Of a stretch of DNA of 64,000 nucleotides, positions 1-12,949 are shown piece after piece. This DNA comes from Macrostomum lignano (Eukaryota), in assembly GCA_002269645.1 (NCBI GenBank), contig NIVC01000690.1, positions 186,001-250,000 on the forward strand, written 5' to 3'. Below the pieces are notes generated by a model that saw nothing but the letters and a program-made list of their open reading frames with translations, was not told where the DNA came from and did not search any database. The position numbers and the translations under genes were made by a program. Position 1 is the first letter of the stretch, and each line of letters opens with the position of its first letter.

Positions 1-290
1 ACCCATGAGATAGCAAGGCCCCTGAATCTCACCCATAAGATAGCAAGTCCCAAATCTCACCCATGAGATAGCAAGGCCCCTGAATCTCACCCATGAGATA
101 GCAAGGCCCCTGAATCTCACTCATGAGATAGCAAGGCCCCTGAATCTCACCCATGAGATAGCAAGGCCCCTGAATCTCACCCATGAGATAGCAAGGCCCC
201 TGAATCTCACTCATGAGATAGCAAGGCCCCTGAATCTCACCCATGAGATAACAAGCTTATCCCCGAATCTCACCCATGAGATAACAAGGT
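1..290. repeat. 30-bp minisatellite (CCCATGAGATAGCAAGGCCCCTGAATCTCA), truncated by window start
   Basis: Direct tandem periodicity; ORF 29..244 is its translation. Confidence 0.95.
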
Positions 291-799
291 CACCCAGGAA
301 AATGAAATTGGCAAAAAGTGATTGACAATTCGGCCAATAACGAAAGAACTCGAAAAGCCTTGCCCAAATTGACATGTTGAAATTGAAAAAATGAATAAAA
401 TCTTTCAACGATGAAGTATTTCCTGCTTGAACAAAGCTGGTCAAATGGAAATACATTGCAGTTAAGGCTGTTTCGAAGACGGCTGCAATGACTAAATAGT
501 TTTTTTGCACTTTCTGTCAGCTTTATTTATTGCTTTTAACAAACAGAATGTTTAGGGTTATAAGTAACAAAAATAAAATATAACACGACGCTTATGAATG
601 TACATGTAATAATAATGAGCAGTTTTACTAAGAAAATGATTAGGATAAAAATGCTAGCGACCACTTTTGAATTTGATATGAAGTAGTATAAATTTCGAGT
701 AAATTGCGCGTAAATTAATATTTGATCTTGAAATGCTTTAAGTAGAAATAAAATTCTATGAATGTTCACTGGATTTCAGATTGAGACACAGATCTACAG

Positions 800-1915
800 C
801 ATCGGGACTTATTATCTTGAGGATCGGGACTCATCAGCTTCAGGATCGGGACTCATCAGCTTCAGAACCGGGACTCATTAGCTTGAGGATCGGGACTCAG
901 CTTCAACACCGGGACTCATTAGCTTCAGGACCGACTCTTATTAGCTTCAGGATTTGGGACTCATTAGCTTCAGGACCGACTCTTATTAGCTTCAGGATTT
1001 GGGACTCATTAGCTTGAGGATCGGGACTCAGCTTCAGCATCGGGACTCATTAGCTTCAGGACCGACTCTTATTAGCTTCAGGACCGACTCTTATTAGCTT
1101 CAGGATTTGGGACTCATTAGCTTGAGGATCGGGACTCAGCTTCAGCATCGGGACTCATTAGCTTCAGGACCGACTCTTATTAGCTTCAGGATTTGGGACT
1201 CATTAGATTCAGGACCGGGACTCATTAGCTTGAGGATCGGGACTCAGCTTCAACACCGGGACTCATTAGCTTCAGGACCGACTCTTATTAGCTTCAGGAT
1301 TTGGGACTCATTAGCTTGAGGATCGGGACTCAGCTTCAGCATCGGGACTCATTAGCTTCAGGACCGACTCTTATTAGCTTCAGGACCGACTCTTATTAGC
1401 TTCAGGATTTGGGACTCATTAGATTCAGGACCGGGACTCATTAGCTTGAGGATCGGGACTTATCAGCTTCAGAACCGGGACTCATTAGCTTCAGGATCGG
1501 GACTCATTAGCTTCAGGATTGGGACTCATTAGCTTGAGGATGGGGACTCATTAGCTTCAGGACCGACTCTCATTAGCTTCAGGATCGGTACTCATTAGCT
1601 CCAGGATCGGGACTCATTAGCTTCAGGATCGGTACTCATTAGCTCCAGGATCGGGACTCATTAGCTCCAGGATCGGTACTCATTAGCTTGAGGATCGGGA
1701 CTCATTAGCTTGAGGATCGGGACTCATTAGCTTGAGGATCGGGACTCATTAGCTTGAGGATCGGGACTCATTAGCTTGAGGATCGGGACTCATTAGCTTG
1801 AGGATCGGGACTCATTAGCGTCAGGATCGGGACTCATTAGCTCCAGGATCGGGACTCATTAGCGTCAGGATCGGGACTCATTAGCTCCAGGATAGGGACT
1901 CATTAGCTTCAGCAT
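800..1915. repeat. ~22-bp minisatellite (GGGACTCATTAGCTTGAGGATC)
   Basis: Direct tandem periodicity with variant units. Confidence 0.95.
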
Positions 1916-2069
1916 TGAAACTGCAAATTCAGGAGTGGGATTCGTATCGCACCCGAGATTAAAAAGCTGCAGTAGTTATTGATAATGATAATAAAATCGT
2001 ACAAGAGTTTGGCTTTCACATAAAAAGCATCAGTTGGGAATAAAATGATGGAGCAGTTCAGTCAGACAC

Positions 2070-2895
2070 TCAATCGAATCGCAGCCTAGGCAATGGCTTA
2101 GGAGCTTCAGCAGCCACCACAGCTTTTCGAACTGGCAGCTTACTGCCGAATACCCGGCCGCCGCCGCTAGCGGCAATGTATTGTCGAGTTGGCGAAGCGT
2201 TGCTGGCATCGACACCGCCGGTAAACCCGCGTCGACTGCCAGCAACAGTTTTAGCTAACTGCCTATTATTGTTCCACTTCAGATCGCTACTCTTAGTAGT
2301 AGAAGAAGCCAGCTTGCGAGAAGGCTTCGGTTCGGTCACTGGGACGCGCCTCGGCATAGTGGCTACTGGTGACAAATTCTTCTGCTGCTGTAATTGTTGC
2401 TTTTTTCCGCTTCTACCAGCGCCAGTATTAGCAGCAGACTGATGATTGTCTTCTTTTACGAGAATGCGCCGAGGAAAATCGGCTATTGGAATTGCAGCAG
2501 CCTTCTTACTGACAGCATCTTTAGTCGCAGAAGACAACTTTTTATGAGATTCGTTGGTCACACCGACTAGAATGCGCCGAGGAAAATCGGCTACGCAACC
2601 AGTACCCGCAGAGGCGGCTGCTGGCGAATCAAAGTCCAGCTTGACAGCCGATGAGGGGAATAGCTCGCCAGCGAACTGGACTCTACGCTGCTTCTGGCGT
2701 CCGCCGCCTACTGTTGCCGGGGCTTTGGCCACACGCGGCCGGCGTTTCATTGCGACCGAATTACTATTATCAGGCCGCTGCTGATCTGAGGGCGACAGTG
2801 ATGGCACTATTGGCCGGGGCGTTGTCAAGCTGAGTGATGTTGTCTCTGGTGACAGAGTGAAGGTGCCGTTCAACTTGCTTCCGGGTGGAGTATCC
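2070..2895 (-). CDS. Probable terminal coding exon of an unknown low-complexity, basic Ser/Ala/Pro-rich protein
   Basis: ~275 stop-free codons in a sharply GC-rich non-repeat island; candidate acceptor ATTACAG at ~2896-2902; no recognisable domain. Confidence 0.45.
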
Positions 2896-2929
2896 TGTAA
2901 TTGGTGTTGTTTAGGCAAGGTTGTTACGA

Positions 2930-3745
2930 CAGTTTAGGGGAGGTTTTTATGGCAGTTTAGGAAAAATTATAAAGGCAGTTTAGGGGTGATTCTTAAAGCA
3001 GTTTAGGGCGATTTTTAGGAGAGTTTAGGGGAGGTTCTTAGGGCAGTTTAGTGGCGATTTTTTGGGCAGTTTAGGAAAGGCTCTCAAGGTAGTTTAGGGG
3101 CGATTCTCAGGGCAGTTTAGGGCGATAGTTAGGACAGTTTAGGGGTGATTCTTAGGGCAGTTTAGGGGAGGTTCTTAGGGCAGTTAGGCGATTTTTAGGG
3201 CAGTTTAGGGAAGGTTCTTAGGGCAGTTAGGCGATTCTTAGGGCAGTTTAGGGGAGGTTCTTAGGGCAGTTAGGCGATTCTTAGGGCAGTTTAGGGGAGG
3301 TTCTTAGGGCAGTTAGGCGATTCTTAGGGCAGTTTAGGGGAGGTTCTTAGGGCAGTTAGGCGATTCTTAGGGCAGTTTAGGGGAGACTTATATGGTAGTT
3401 TAGGGCGATTCTTAGGACAGTTTAGGGACGATTCTTAGGGCAGTTTAGTGGCGATTTTTAGGACAGTTTAGGGGAGGCTCTTAGGGCAGTTTAGGGGAGG
3501 CTCTTAGGGCAGCTTAGGGGTGATTCTTAGGCCACTTTAGGGGTGATTCTTAGGGCAGTTTAGGGGTGATTCTTAGGGCAGTTTAGGGGTGATTCTTAGG
3601 GTAGTTTAGGGGTGATTCTTAGGGCAGTTTAGGGGTGATTCTTAGGGCAGTTTAGGGGTGATTCTTAGGGTAGTTTAGGGGTGATTCTTAGGGCAGTTTA
3701 GGGGTGATTCTTAGGGCAGTTTAGGGGTGATTCTTAGGACAGTTT
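2930..3745. repeat. 23-bp minisatellite containing TTAGGG/TTAGGGG (TTAGGGCAGTTTAGGGGTGATTC)
   Basis: Direct tandem periodicity, more degenerate at the left end. Confidence 0.9.
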
Positions 3746-4784
3746 ACGGGCGATCGTAAGCAGCTTCAGTTCTAATTTTTAAAATCAAAGAAAAATACAG
3801 AAAGAAACAATTATTGCGTCCACGCGCATATACTGCTACTGATACACTTGCAAGTAGAAGCAGTGCGTATAATAAAAATTAATGCTGCACAAAACAGTCA
3901 AGACAGTTAGAAAAACTCCATTTCATACATAATGTCATGCAATAAAAATGGCAGTGGATAAGATTGAGTTAGTCAAACGGGCAAACAAGTGGAACATAAT
4001 GTGTGTATAAATATACGAGAAATATTGTAATAAAAAACAAAATTAGCTGTTAATTTTTTCAGACAAAAATGTGTGCATTAAAATATTTGTTTAAATATGA
4101 GCATACGATTATCAAATTAATAATTTTTAGAGACGGAATGTACCTATATTTGCGAATGCCTGCTGTCTTTTAGCAAAAAAGATTAATATATCCACATACT
4201 ACACTACTATATTAAAAAAATAAGTAGTAAGGCTGTATATTATAAAACAATAATATATAAACTTAAGTCATTAAAATATTTAAATTGAAATTTTGGAATG
4301 CCAGAACTAAATCATAAATAACCTTCAGATTAGTTCATATTTTCTAGTTCATAACTGAGAATACAAGGCACAAGATGTTATATTTAGTTTTATAATATAA
4401 AATTAACGTCAACAAAAACAAATATAATCTATACATATAGGTCTATTGTAGACCTGAAATTCATAGAATATAGAGCTTCATTTGTAACTAAAAAGTATTA
4501 ACTAAACAGTTATTACAAAAGACGAAAAAAGTCCGTTTACATTTTACAAATAAAAAATAATAGTTTTAGTTTTTTGTGTGACCGGTGCAATATCACAGAC
4601 AGAAGACAGATTCTGCTTCAAGACTGTCCCCGAAGCATAATGAAGTCGACAGCAAAATAATAAAGTTGTGTCAACTAATAGACAAATACTTGTATATTAA
4701 AAATTAAAATTACCCGGCTGCCGCTGTGATTTTTTGACAGCTAATTGTAATTGGTAAAAAATATCAACAACTATTAACTTCGGG

Positions 4785-5735
4785 TACTCAGACTGTAAGT
4801 CCTCAGCGTCATCAGACTGTAAGCCCCCGTGTCCTGAGACTGTAGACCCTCAGTGTCCTCAGACTGTAAGTCCTAAGCGTCATCAGACTGTAAGCCCCCG
4901 TGTCCTGAGACTGTAGACCCTCAGTGTACTCAGACTGTAAGCCCTCAGTGTACTCAGACTGTAAACCCTCAGTGTACTCAGACTGTAAGCCCCCGTGTCC
5001 TGAGACTGTAAACCCTCAGTGTACTCAGACTGTAAGCTCCAAGGGTACTCAGACTGTAAGCTCCAAGGGTACTCAGACTGTAAGCTCCAAGGGTACTCAG
5101 ACTGTAAGCTCCAAGGGTACTCAGACTGTAAGCTCCAAGGGTACTCAGACTATAAGCTCCAAGGGTACTCAGACTGTAAGCTCCAAGGGTACTCAGACTA
5201 TAAGCTCCAAGGGTACTCAGACTGTAAGCTCCAAGGGTACTCAGACTATAAGCTCCAAGGGTACTCAGACTGTAAGCTCCAAGGATACTCAGACTGTAAG
5301 CTCCAAGGATACTCAGACTGTAAGCTCCAAGGATACTCAGACTGTAAGCTCCAAGGATACTCAGACTGTAAGCTCCAAGGGTACTCAGACTATAAGCTCC
5401 AAGGGTACTCAGACTGTAAGCTCCAAGGGTACTCAGACTATAAGCTCCAAGGGTACTCAGACTATAAGCTCCAAGGGTACTCAGACTGTAAGCTCCAAGG
5501 GTACTCAGACTATAAGCTCCAAGGGTACTCAGACTGTAAGCTCCAAGGGTACTCAGACTGTAAGCTCCAAGGATACTCAGACTGTAAGCTCCAAGGATAC
5601 TCAGACTGTAAGCTCCAAGGATACTCAGACTGTAAGCTCCAAGGGTACTCAGACTGTAAGCTCCAAGGGTACTCAGACTGTAAGCTCCAAGGATACTCAG
5701 ACTGTAAGCTCCAAGGATACTCAGACTGTAAGCCT
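4785..5735. repeat. 24-bp minisatellite (TACTCAGACTGTAAGCTCCAAGGG)
   Basis: Direct tandem periodicity; explains ORFs 4924, 4978, 5019, 5510. Confidence 0.95.
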
Positions 5736-5919
5736 GTTTCATCAAAACCACGTTCCCCAGTTGACATAATTAAATAACCAATATTACAATGACACAAAAA
5801 ACACACAATAGACAGTACATACAATGTATATAATGCCAGTTTAAAAGAATAAAAAATCAATAAAAATCGGATCAAACTACTTGGACAGGCAGCGAAAGTG
5901 GCCGAACAAGAATCCAGTT

Positions 5920-6794
5920 TCACATAGGAACAGACGGCTTACTAGTCACAGCCGTGGTAAGCCCGCCGTGCTGCAATTTGTAAGTGCTCCGGCCCCAGAA
6001 CACTCGCCTAGGATTAGCTAATCCCTGGGCGTACACAATCCAATTAAGCAGTTCTCTAAGCCACCAGGCGGCTAGAAAGGCCGGGAATGAGAATGGCAAT
6101 GGGCCGTTTTGAATACGCTTCAATTGAGCGTAGTCTAATATAATCCACACTGCGAGATGGACCAGCATAGCACAGTAGGGATTCACGTCGAATAGATAAT
6201 AGACAGCCCAAGAGGTGTAAGCTCCCAATAGCAGACTTTCAGTCAGCGGCTCCAGCACCAGGGTCACAACCGGCATCATGCTGAGCCTCAGACGCCACCA
6301 GCGAACCATTCGATCTTTGTAACTGGGTAGAGACGCCGTAGCAACCATCTGTTCGGCTGGGAACGCCGACAATACCAGCTGATAGCCGGAAATGAGTAAA
6401 TCTCTCGATAAGCAGAAATCTTCGGCCAGATAGCGACCATAATAGGCTAATCCGCCTACCTTATCCAGATAAGGCTTCCGGACTAAATAGCTCATGCCGG
6501 TGAATATGTGGGTACCCAATTGGCTCAGCGACAGGTACTGCTTGCCTAAATTGCAGCCAAATGCCACCTTCTCAACAATAGCAGCCATGCCGTGTACGGA
6601 GTCGTTGCGCATGAACGGCAGCTGGTGGACAATGGCCACGGTGGGGTCTTGTACAGCCCGAGCAACTAGGTCCATCAAAATCGGCGTCGAGGCCCGGATA
6701 CGAGAGGTGGACACCCAGACTAAATCGTATTTGGCATTCTCGTAAGCTGGCACCATGTTGTGCACCATTGGATTCACTATGCCGTCTTTGCCAC
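5920..6794 (-). CDS. UGCG: Ceramide glucosyltransferase-like, exon 3 (last)
   Basis: GGKDGIVNP..AKYDLVW, YLAEDF, RMVRW, EPLTESLLLG motifs of the GCS family; acceptor TTGCAG at 6795-6800. Confidence 0.9.
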
Positions 6795-6849
6795 CTGCAA
6801 TGCACAGGTGGAACATATTGTATTAAAAGTAAAGTCATTAGAAGATAGG

Positions 6850-8015
6850 AGAAAGAGAACTAAGAGATGAGAGATGGAGGAGAAAGAGAACTAAGAGATG
6901 AGAGATGGAGGAGAAAGAGAACTAAGAGAGGAGAGATGGAGGAGAAAGAGAACTAAGAGAGGAGAAATGGATGAGAATGAGAACCGAGAGAGGAGAGATG
7001 GATGAGATCGAAAGAGAACTAAGAGAGGAGAGATGAGAAAAAGAACTAAGAGATGAGAGATGAGAAAGAGAACTAAGAGAGGAGAGATGGATGAGAAAGA
7101 GAACTAAGAGAGGAGAGATGGATGAGAAAGAGAACTAAGAGAGGAGAGATGGATGAGAAAGAGAACTAAGAGAGGAGAGATGAGAAAGAGAACTAAGAGA
7201 TGAGAAAGAGAACTAAGAGATGAGAAAGAGAACTAAGAGAGGAGAGATGGATGAGAAAGAGAACTAAGAGAGGAGAGATGAGAAAGAGAACTAAGAGATG
7301 AGAAAGAGAACTAAGAGATGAGAAAGTGAACTAAGAGAGGAGAGATGGATGAGAAAGTGAACTAAGAGAGGAGAGATGGATGAGAAAGAGAACTAAGAGA
7401 GGAGAGATGGATGAGAAAGAGAACTAAGAGAGGAGAGATGAGAAAGAGAACTAAGAGATGAGAAAGAGAACTAAGAGATGAGAAAGAGAACTAAGAGAGG
7501 AGAGATGGATGAGAAAGAGAACTAAGAGAGGAGAGATGGATGAGAAAGAGAACTAAGAGAGGAGAGATGAGAAAGAGAACTAAGAGATGAGAAAGAGAAC
7601 TAAGAGAGGAGAGATGAGAAAGAGAACTAAGAGAGGAGAGATGAGAAAGAGAACTAAGAGAGGAGAGATGAGAAAGAGAACTAAGAGATGAGAAAGAGAA
7701 CTAAGAGATGAGAAAGAGAACTAAGAGAGGAGAGATGGATGAGAAAGAGAACTAAGAGAGGAGAGATGGATGAGAAAGAGAACTAAGAGAGGAGAGATGA
7801 GAAAGAGAACTAAGAGATGAGAAAGAGAACTAAGAGATGAGAAAGAGAACTAAGAGAGGAGAGATGAGAAAGAGAACTAAGAGAGGAGAGATGAGAAAGA
7901 GAACTAAGAGAGGAGAGATGAGAAAGTGAACTAAGAGAGGAGAGATGAGAAAGAGAACTAAGAGAGGAGAGATGAGAAAGAGAACTAAGAGAGGAGAGAT
8001 GAGAAAGAGAACTAA
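6850..8015. repeat. 27/31-bp purine-rich minisatellite in UGCG intron 2 (GAGAAAGAGAACTAAGAGAGGAGAGAT)
   Basis: Direct tandem periodicity. Confidence 0.95.
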
Positions 8016-8693
8016 GATAAAAGCAAAATAAGAAAACTCGTACAGCACTATGTACTACGAGCCCGTAAACACCGACAATATAGAAAATCTTATTACTGTG
8101 TGGTGAGTCAGTTATGTCGCTACTTGGTTATTTGGCACTTTAAGCGTACTCAAGTACGCTGCTATAGATACGAGAACTCTTTAAAACACGCATGAAACCT
8201 TTCAATTGACAAGAGAGACACAGAAGAATAGGCACAGCTACTGTCTTACTCTAACCGTTGGTAGGCTAATCTGTGTGTGTGAAGGTATGCATTCAGAAAA
8301 TCTCTTCCCCCACAACTCATCTTTCTCTCTATCTGGTAGTATCTAGCTGAGACTAGCCAGGGAAACTACTCAAACAATTTCTTTCTCAACCTCTCTACTC
8401 AGCTATTATATTGAGCAAAATTTTAACTTGCTCTTTATATAAACCTCATGTGTATAGTTAATAGATCCGGTATCAATGTATCTTAGTGGCTCCCCAATTC
8501 AATAAATGAATTATTGAATATTATTTTTTGCATTACTGCAGTGCTGTAGTGTATTTGCTATGCATGCACTTAGTAATTATATACTGTACTGCACTAATCA
8601 GCGCGATATAATGCAAATCAACACGACAGCCTAGGGAAGGGCATCGTGATAATTATAGGCAGCTAATCTCTTTATTACAATTAGACAATGCTG

Positions 8694-8960
8694 TCAGTCA
8701 GTCAGTGAGTCAGTCAGTCAGTCAGTGAGTCAGACAGTCAGTCAGTCAGTCAGTGAGTCAGTCAGTCAGTCAGTGAGTCAGACAGTCAGTCAGTGAGTCA
8801 GACAGTCAGTCAGTGAGTCAGACAGTCAGTCAGTGAGTCAGACAGTCAGTCAGTCAGTCAGTGAGTCAGTCAGTCAGTCAGTGAGTCAGACAGTCAGTCA
8901 GTGAGTCAGACAGTCAGTCAGTGAGTCAGACAGTCAGTCAGTGAGTCAGACAGTCAGTGA
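8694..8960. repeat. (GTCA)n-type microsatellite with GTGA/GACA interruptions
   Basis: Direct. Confidence 0.95.
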
Positions 8961-8976
8961 GTCCCCAGCAACTCAC

Positions 8977-9221
8977 CAATAAACAGCCGGCAGTCAACAT
9001 TGGGAAAGCGCTCCCGCAGGTTATTAACCAGGCCAATGACCGGATCCTGCTCGTCCTGAACGCACAGCAGCAGCTCATATTTGGGGTACTGCAAAGTGAA
9101 ATGCGACTCAAGATTGCCCTCCAAAAAGGTGTCGATGCCCATCAGCGGTTTGACAATGCTGACGCCTGGCAGGCTGCCGCTCATGTCCGCTAAGGACTTC
9201 GGCCGGTGCAGGTGGTAGCGG
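8977..9221 (-). CDS. UGCG: Ceramide glucosyltransferase-like, exon 2
   Basis: RYHLHRP..LPGVSIVKPLMG..YPKYELLLCVQDEQDP..CRLFIG; donor GTGAGT 8971-8976, acceptor CAG 9222-9224; phases join exons 1 and 3 in frame. Confidence 0.92.
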
Positions 9222-9299
9222 CTGGAATTGAATGGTCGGTTAAACCTTTAGTGATTGAATGCTCATTGTGTGCTCTTGTTCAGTAGTTGCGGGAGTTGG

Positions 9300-11010
9300 G
9301 AAGATAAGAGATCTAGATACCTAGGATAGCTGGCAGATAGATGCATGACATAGGCGATCTAGATACCTAAAATGGATGGCAGATAGATGCGTGACATAGG
9401 CGATCTAGATACCTAGGATGGATGGCAGATAGATGCGTGACATAGGCGATCTAGATACCTAGGATGGATGGCAGATAGATGCGTGACATGGGAGATCTAG
9501 ATACCTAGGATATATGGCAGATAGATGCGTGACATGGGAGATCTAGATACCTAGGATAGCTGGCAGATAGATGCGTGACATGGGAGATCTAGATACCTAG
9601 GATAGCTGGCAGATAGATGCGTGACATGGGAGATCTAGATACCTAGGATAGCTGGCAGATAGATGCGTGACATGGGAGATCTAGATACCTAGGATGGATG
9701 GCAGATAGATGCGTGACATGGGCGATCTAGATACCTAGGATGGATGGCAGATAGATGCGTGACATGGGAGATCTAGATACCTAAAATGGATGGCAGATAG
9801 ATGCGTGACATGGGAGATCTAGATACCTAGGATATATGGCAGATAGATGTGTGACATGGGAGATCTAGATACCTAGGATAGCTGGCAGATAGATGCGTGA
9901 CATGGGAGATCTAGATACCTAGGATAGCTGGCAGATAGATGCGTGACATGGGAGATCTAGATACCTAGGATAGCTGGCAGATAGATGCGTGACATGGGAG
10001 ATCTAGATACCTAGGATGGATGGCAGATAGATGCGTGACATGGGCGATCTAGATACCTAGGATGGATGGCAGATAGATGCGTGACATGGGAGATCTAGAT
10101 ACCTAAAATGGATGGCAGATAGATGCGTGACATGGGAGATCTAGATACCTAGGATAGCTGGCAGATAGATGCGTGACATGGGAGATCTAGATACCTAGGA
10201 TAGCTGGCAGATAGATGTGTGACATGGGCGATCTAGATACCTAGGATGGATGGCAGATAGATGCGTGACATGGGAGATCTAGATACCTAGGATATATGGC
10301 AGATAGATGCGTGACATGGGAGATCTAGATACCTAGGATAGCTGGCAGATAGATGCGTGACATGGGAGATCTAGATACCTAGGATATATGGCAGATAGAT
10401 GCGTGACATGGGAGATCTAGATACCTAGGATAGCTGGCAGATAGATGCGTGACATGGGAGATCTAGATACCTAGGATATATGGCAGATAGATGCGTGACA
10501 TGGGAGATCTAGATACCTAGGATAGCTGGCAGATAGATGCGTGACATGGGAGATCTAGATACCTAGGATAGCTGGCAGATAGATGCGTGACATGGGAGAT
10601 CTAGATACCTAGGATAGCTGGCAGATAGATGTGTGACATGGGAGATCTAGATACCTAGGATAGCTGGCAGATAGATGTGTGACATGGGAGATCTAGATAC
10701 CTAGGATAGATGGCAGATAGATGCGTGACATGGGAGATCTAGATACCTAGGATAGCTGGCAGATAGATGTGTGACATGGGAGATCTAGATACCTAGGATA
10801 GCTGGCAGATAGATGTGTGACATGGGAGATCTAGATACCTAGGATAGATGGCAGATAGATGCGTGACATGGGAGATCTAGATACCTAGGATAGCTGGCAG
10901 ATAGATGTGTGACATGGGAGATCTAGATACCTAGGATAGCTGGCAGATAGATGCGTGACATGGGAGATCTAGATACCTAGGATAGATAGTTGGCAGATAG
11001 ATGCGAGATA
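9300..11010. repeat. 46-bp minisatellite in UGCG intron 1
   Basis: ATCTAGATACCTAGGATAGCTGGCAGATAGATGCGTGACATGGGAG repeated in tandem. Confidence 0.95.
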
Positions 11011-11069
11011 CCAACATGCAGATAGGGAGCAGATACACGATAAGATTAAAGTGTCCCCAGATCACTCAC

Positions 11070-11227
11070 CAAGTATACCAAGCAATACCAAAGAACACCA
11101 TCTGGTAGATCCACATCACCAGTGGAGGTATAGCCAATGAAAATAGAATATACGCCAGCACCAGATCGTTAACTGGCGTATCTGCCGCTCCAGACGATCC
11201 CGCCCCAGCCGACCAAGTGCCGAACAT
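11070..11227 (-). CDS. UGCG: Ceramide glucosyltransferase-like, exon 1 (N-terminal transmembrane anchor)
   Basis: MFGTWSAG..LVLAYILFSLAIPPLVMWIYQMVFFGIAWYT hydrophobic segment; donor GTGAGT 11064-11069; spliced CDS 158+245+875=1278 nt, in frame. Confidence 0.8.
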
Positions 11228-12055
11228 GCCGCTGTAACACAAAAAAAACCAGCAGAAGTTTATTATGAAACATTCCCTAATGCAGTTTTCTATCGTTAAT
11301 AGACTAGCTTAGCTTACCTAGTATCAGAGTACAGTAAATCAATAGTATCGCTTACTAATGACATATAAAAGCTAAACTAAATAGAAAAATAAGACTCTTA
11401 AAAACCAGAATAGAATACAAGAATAGATACACTTAAACAACCATATGGAAAGACAAGGCTGTGTTTAAAGAGAGAGTCTGAGGGGTAGTGGATGAAGCGA
11501 GAGGCTGGTGAATAGGAGAGAGAACAATAACGAACGCACATGTGAAGGGGAGGAAAGGAAAGAGAGTACACATACTCACACAGGCATTGCATGGGTAGAT
11601 GATGTGCATTATCGGAATTTTTTTCTTCAAGCTCAACATACTGTATACAGTATGTATGGAAGTGCAGAAGAGGCTCTGGAGTCTCAGATAGACAATTCAG
11701 AACTAATATAGGGATAAAGACAGACGCCTGTTTAGAGAAATAATCTTATTTATTAAGAATAAATCTATTATATACACTACTTTTTAATTAAGAAAATAAA
11801 TTAAAATCTGAAACTCAACATAAAATTTTGCCAAAGCTTATTGTTCAAAGTTGCAATTTGCAGTTGTAATTTTAAGAATAAAAGGTTCATCGCTTGCACA
11901 AACTGACTGACGTACTCGTACATATACACAACAGCATTATGTATTTTAAGACGTTTTTAAAACAACGCTTTGTAAGTTAAGATAAGTAGAGAATGCAACA
12001 GACAACGAGAAGTCATAAGTCACACAACACAAATATATAGCCAAAACTTGATCAG

Positions 12056-12554
12056 CTAGTATTGAGAAGTCGATGGCGGCGGCGGGGGCGGCGGTGGCGG
12101 AGGCGGTGGCGGCGGTGGGGGCGCTCGAACCGGAGGCGGTGGAGGAGGAGGAGGCGGCGGCGGTGGAGGAAGCGTCGGGGGCGGAGGCGGTGGTGGCGGC
12201 GGCGGAGCGGACATGGAGACAGGCGGCGGAGGAGGAGGCGGTGGCGGCTGCTGCATAGCCAGCTGCATTTGAGCAGCCGCAGCCTTAGCTTTCTGAGTCT
12301 CCAGATCGCGCAGCACTCCGCTACTCCGGCCGCCCATACCGCCGAAACCGCCGCCAGAGTCTAGGCGGAATGCGAATTGAAAGAAGAATTGTTTAGCATC
12401 CTTGTTCCAGTGAGTCCACAGGCGTTTGCTGTCTTTGTCAACTTCTCTGGAGGGCACTTTGAATGCGATGGTCTCGTAGGGCTCGGCAGCGAATAGCAGG
12501 TACTGCCAGAGACGGTCGGGCGGTTCGACACGCTGCTCGTAGGCGCTCATGAAT
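12056..12554 (-). CDS. SF3A2: Splicing factor 3A subunit 2, exon 2 with proline-rich tail
   Basis: FMSAYEQRVEPPDRLWQYLLFAAEPYETIAFKVPSREVDK matches SF3a66/Prp11; acceptor CAG 12555-12557. Confidence 0.95.
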
Positions 12555-12714
12555 CTGGCGAATGCGGTGTTGCGATTAATGGGAGAGTGAGTTCGGTTAC
12601 CAGGGGCGAGGGGGTGGTTTCAAGCTGAGTAGAGTGCGCTGTCGGTGTGGTAAAGATAGGTGATTCTGGGGTGTGGTAAAAGTATATGAAGAGTGTGGTA
12701 AATCGAGTGTTTTA

Positions 12715-12920
12715 TATGGAGACAGTGGAGTGTGGTAAATGGACTATTGTACAGGAGACAGTGGAGTGTGGTAAATGGACTATTGTACAGGAGACAGTGG
12801 AGTGTGGTAAATGGACTATTGTACAGGAGACAGTGGAGTGTGGTAAATGGACTATTGTACAGGACAGTGGAGTGTGGTAAATGGACTATTGTACAGGACA
12901 GTGGAGTGTGGTAAATGGAC
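12715..12920. repeat. 36-bp minisatellite in SF3A2 intron
   Basis: GAGACAGTGGAGTGTGGTAAATGGACTATTGTACAG tandem copies. Confidence 0.9.
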
Positions 12921-12949
12921 GTTTCTAAACGTAGTAAACGACAAATTAC

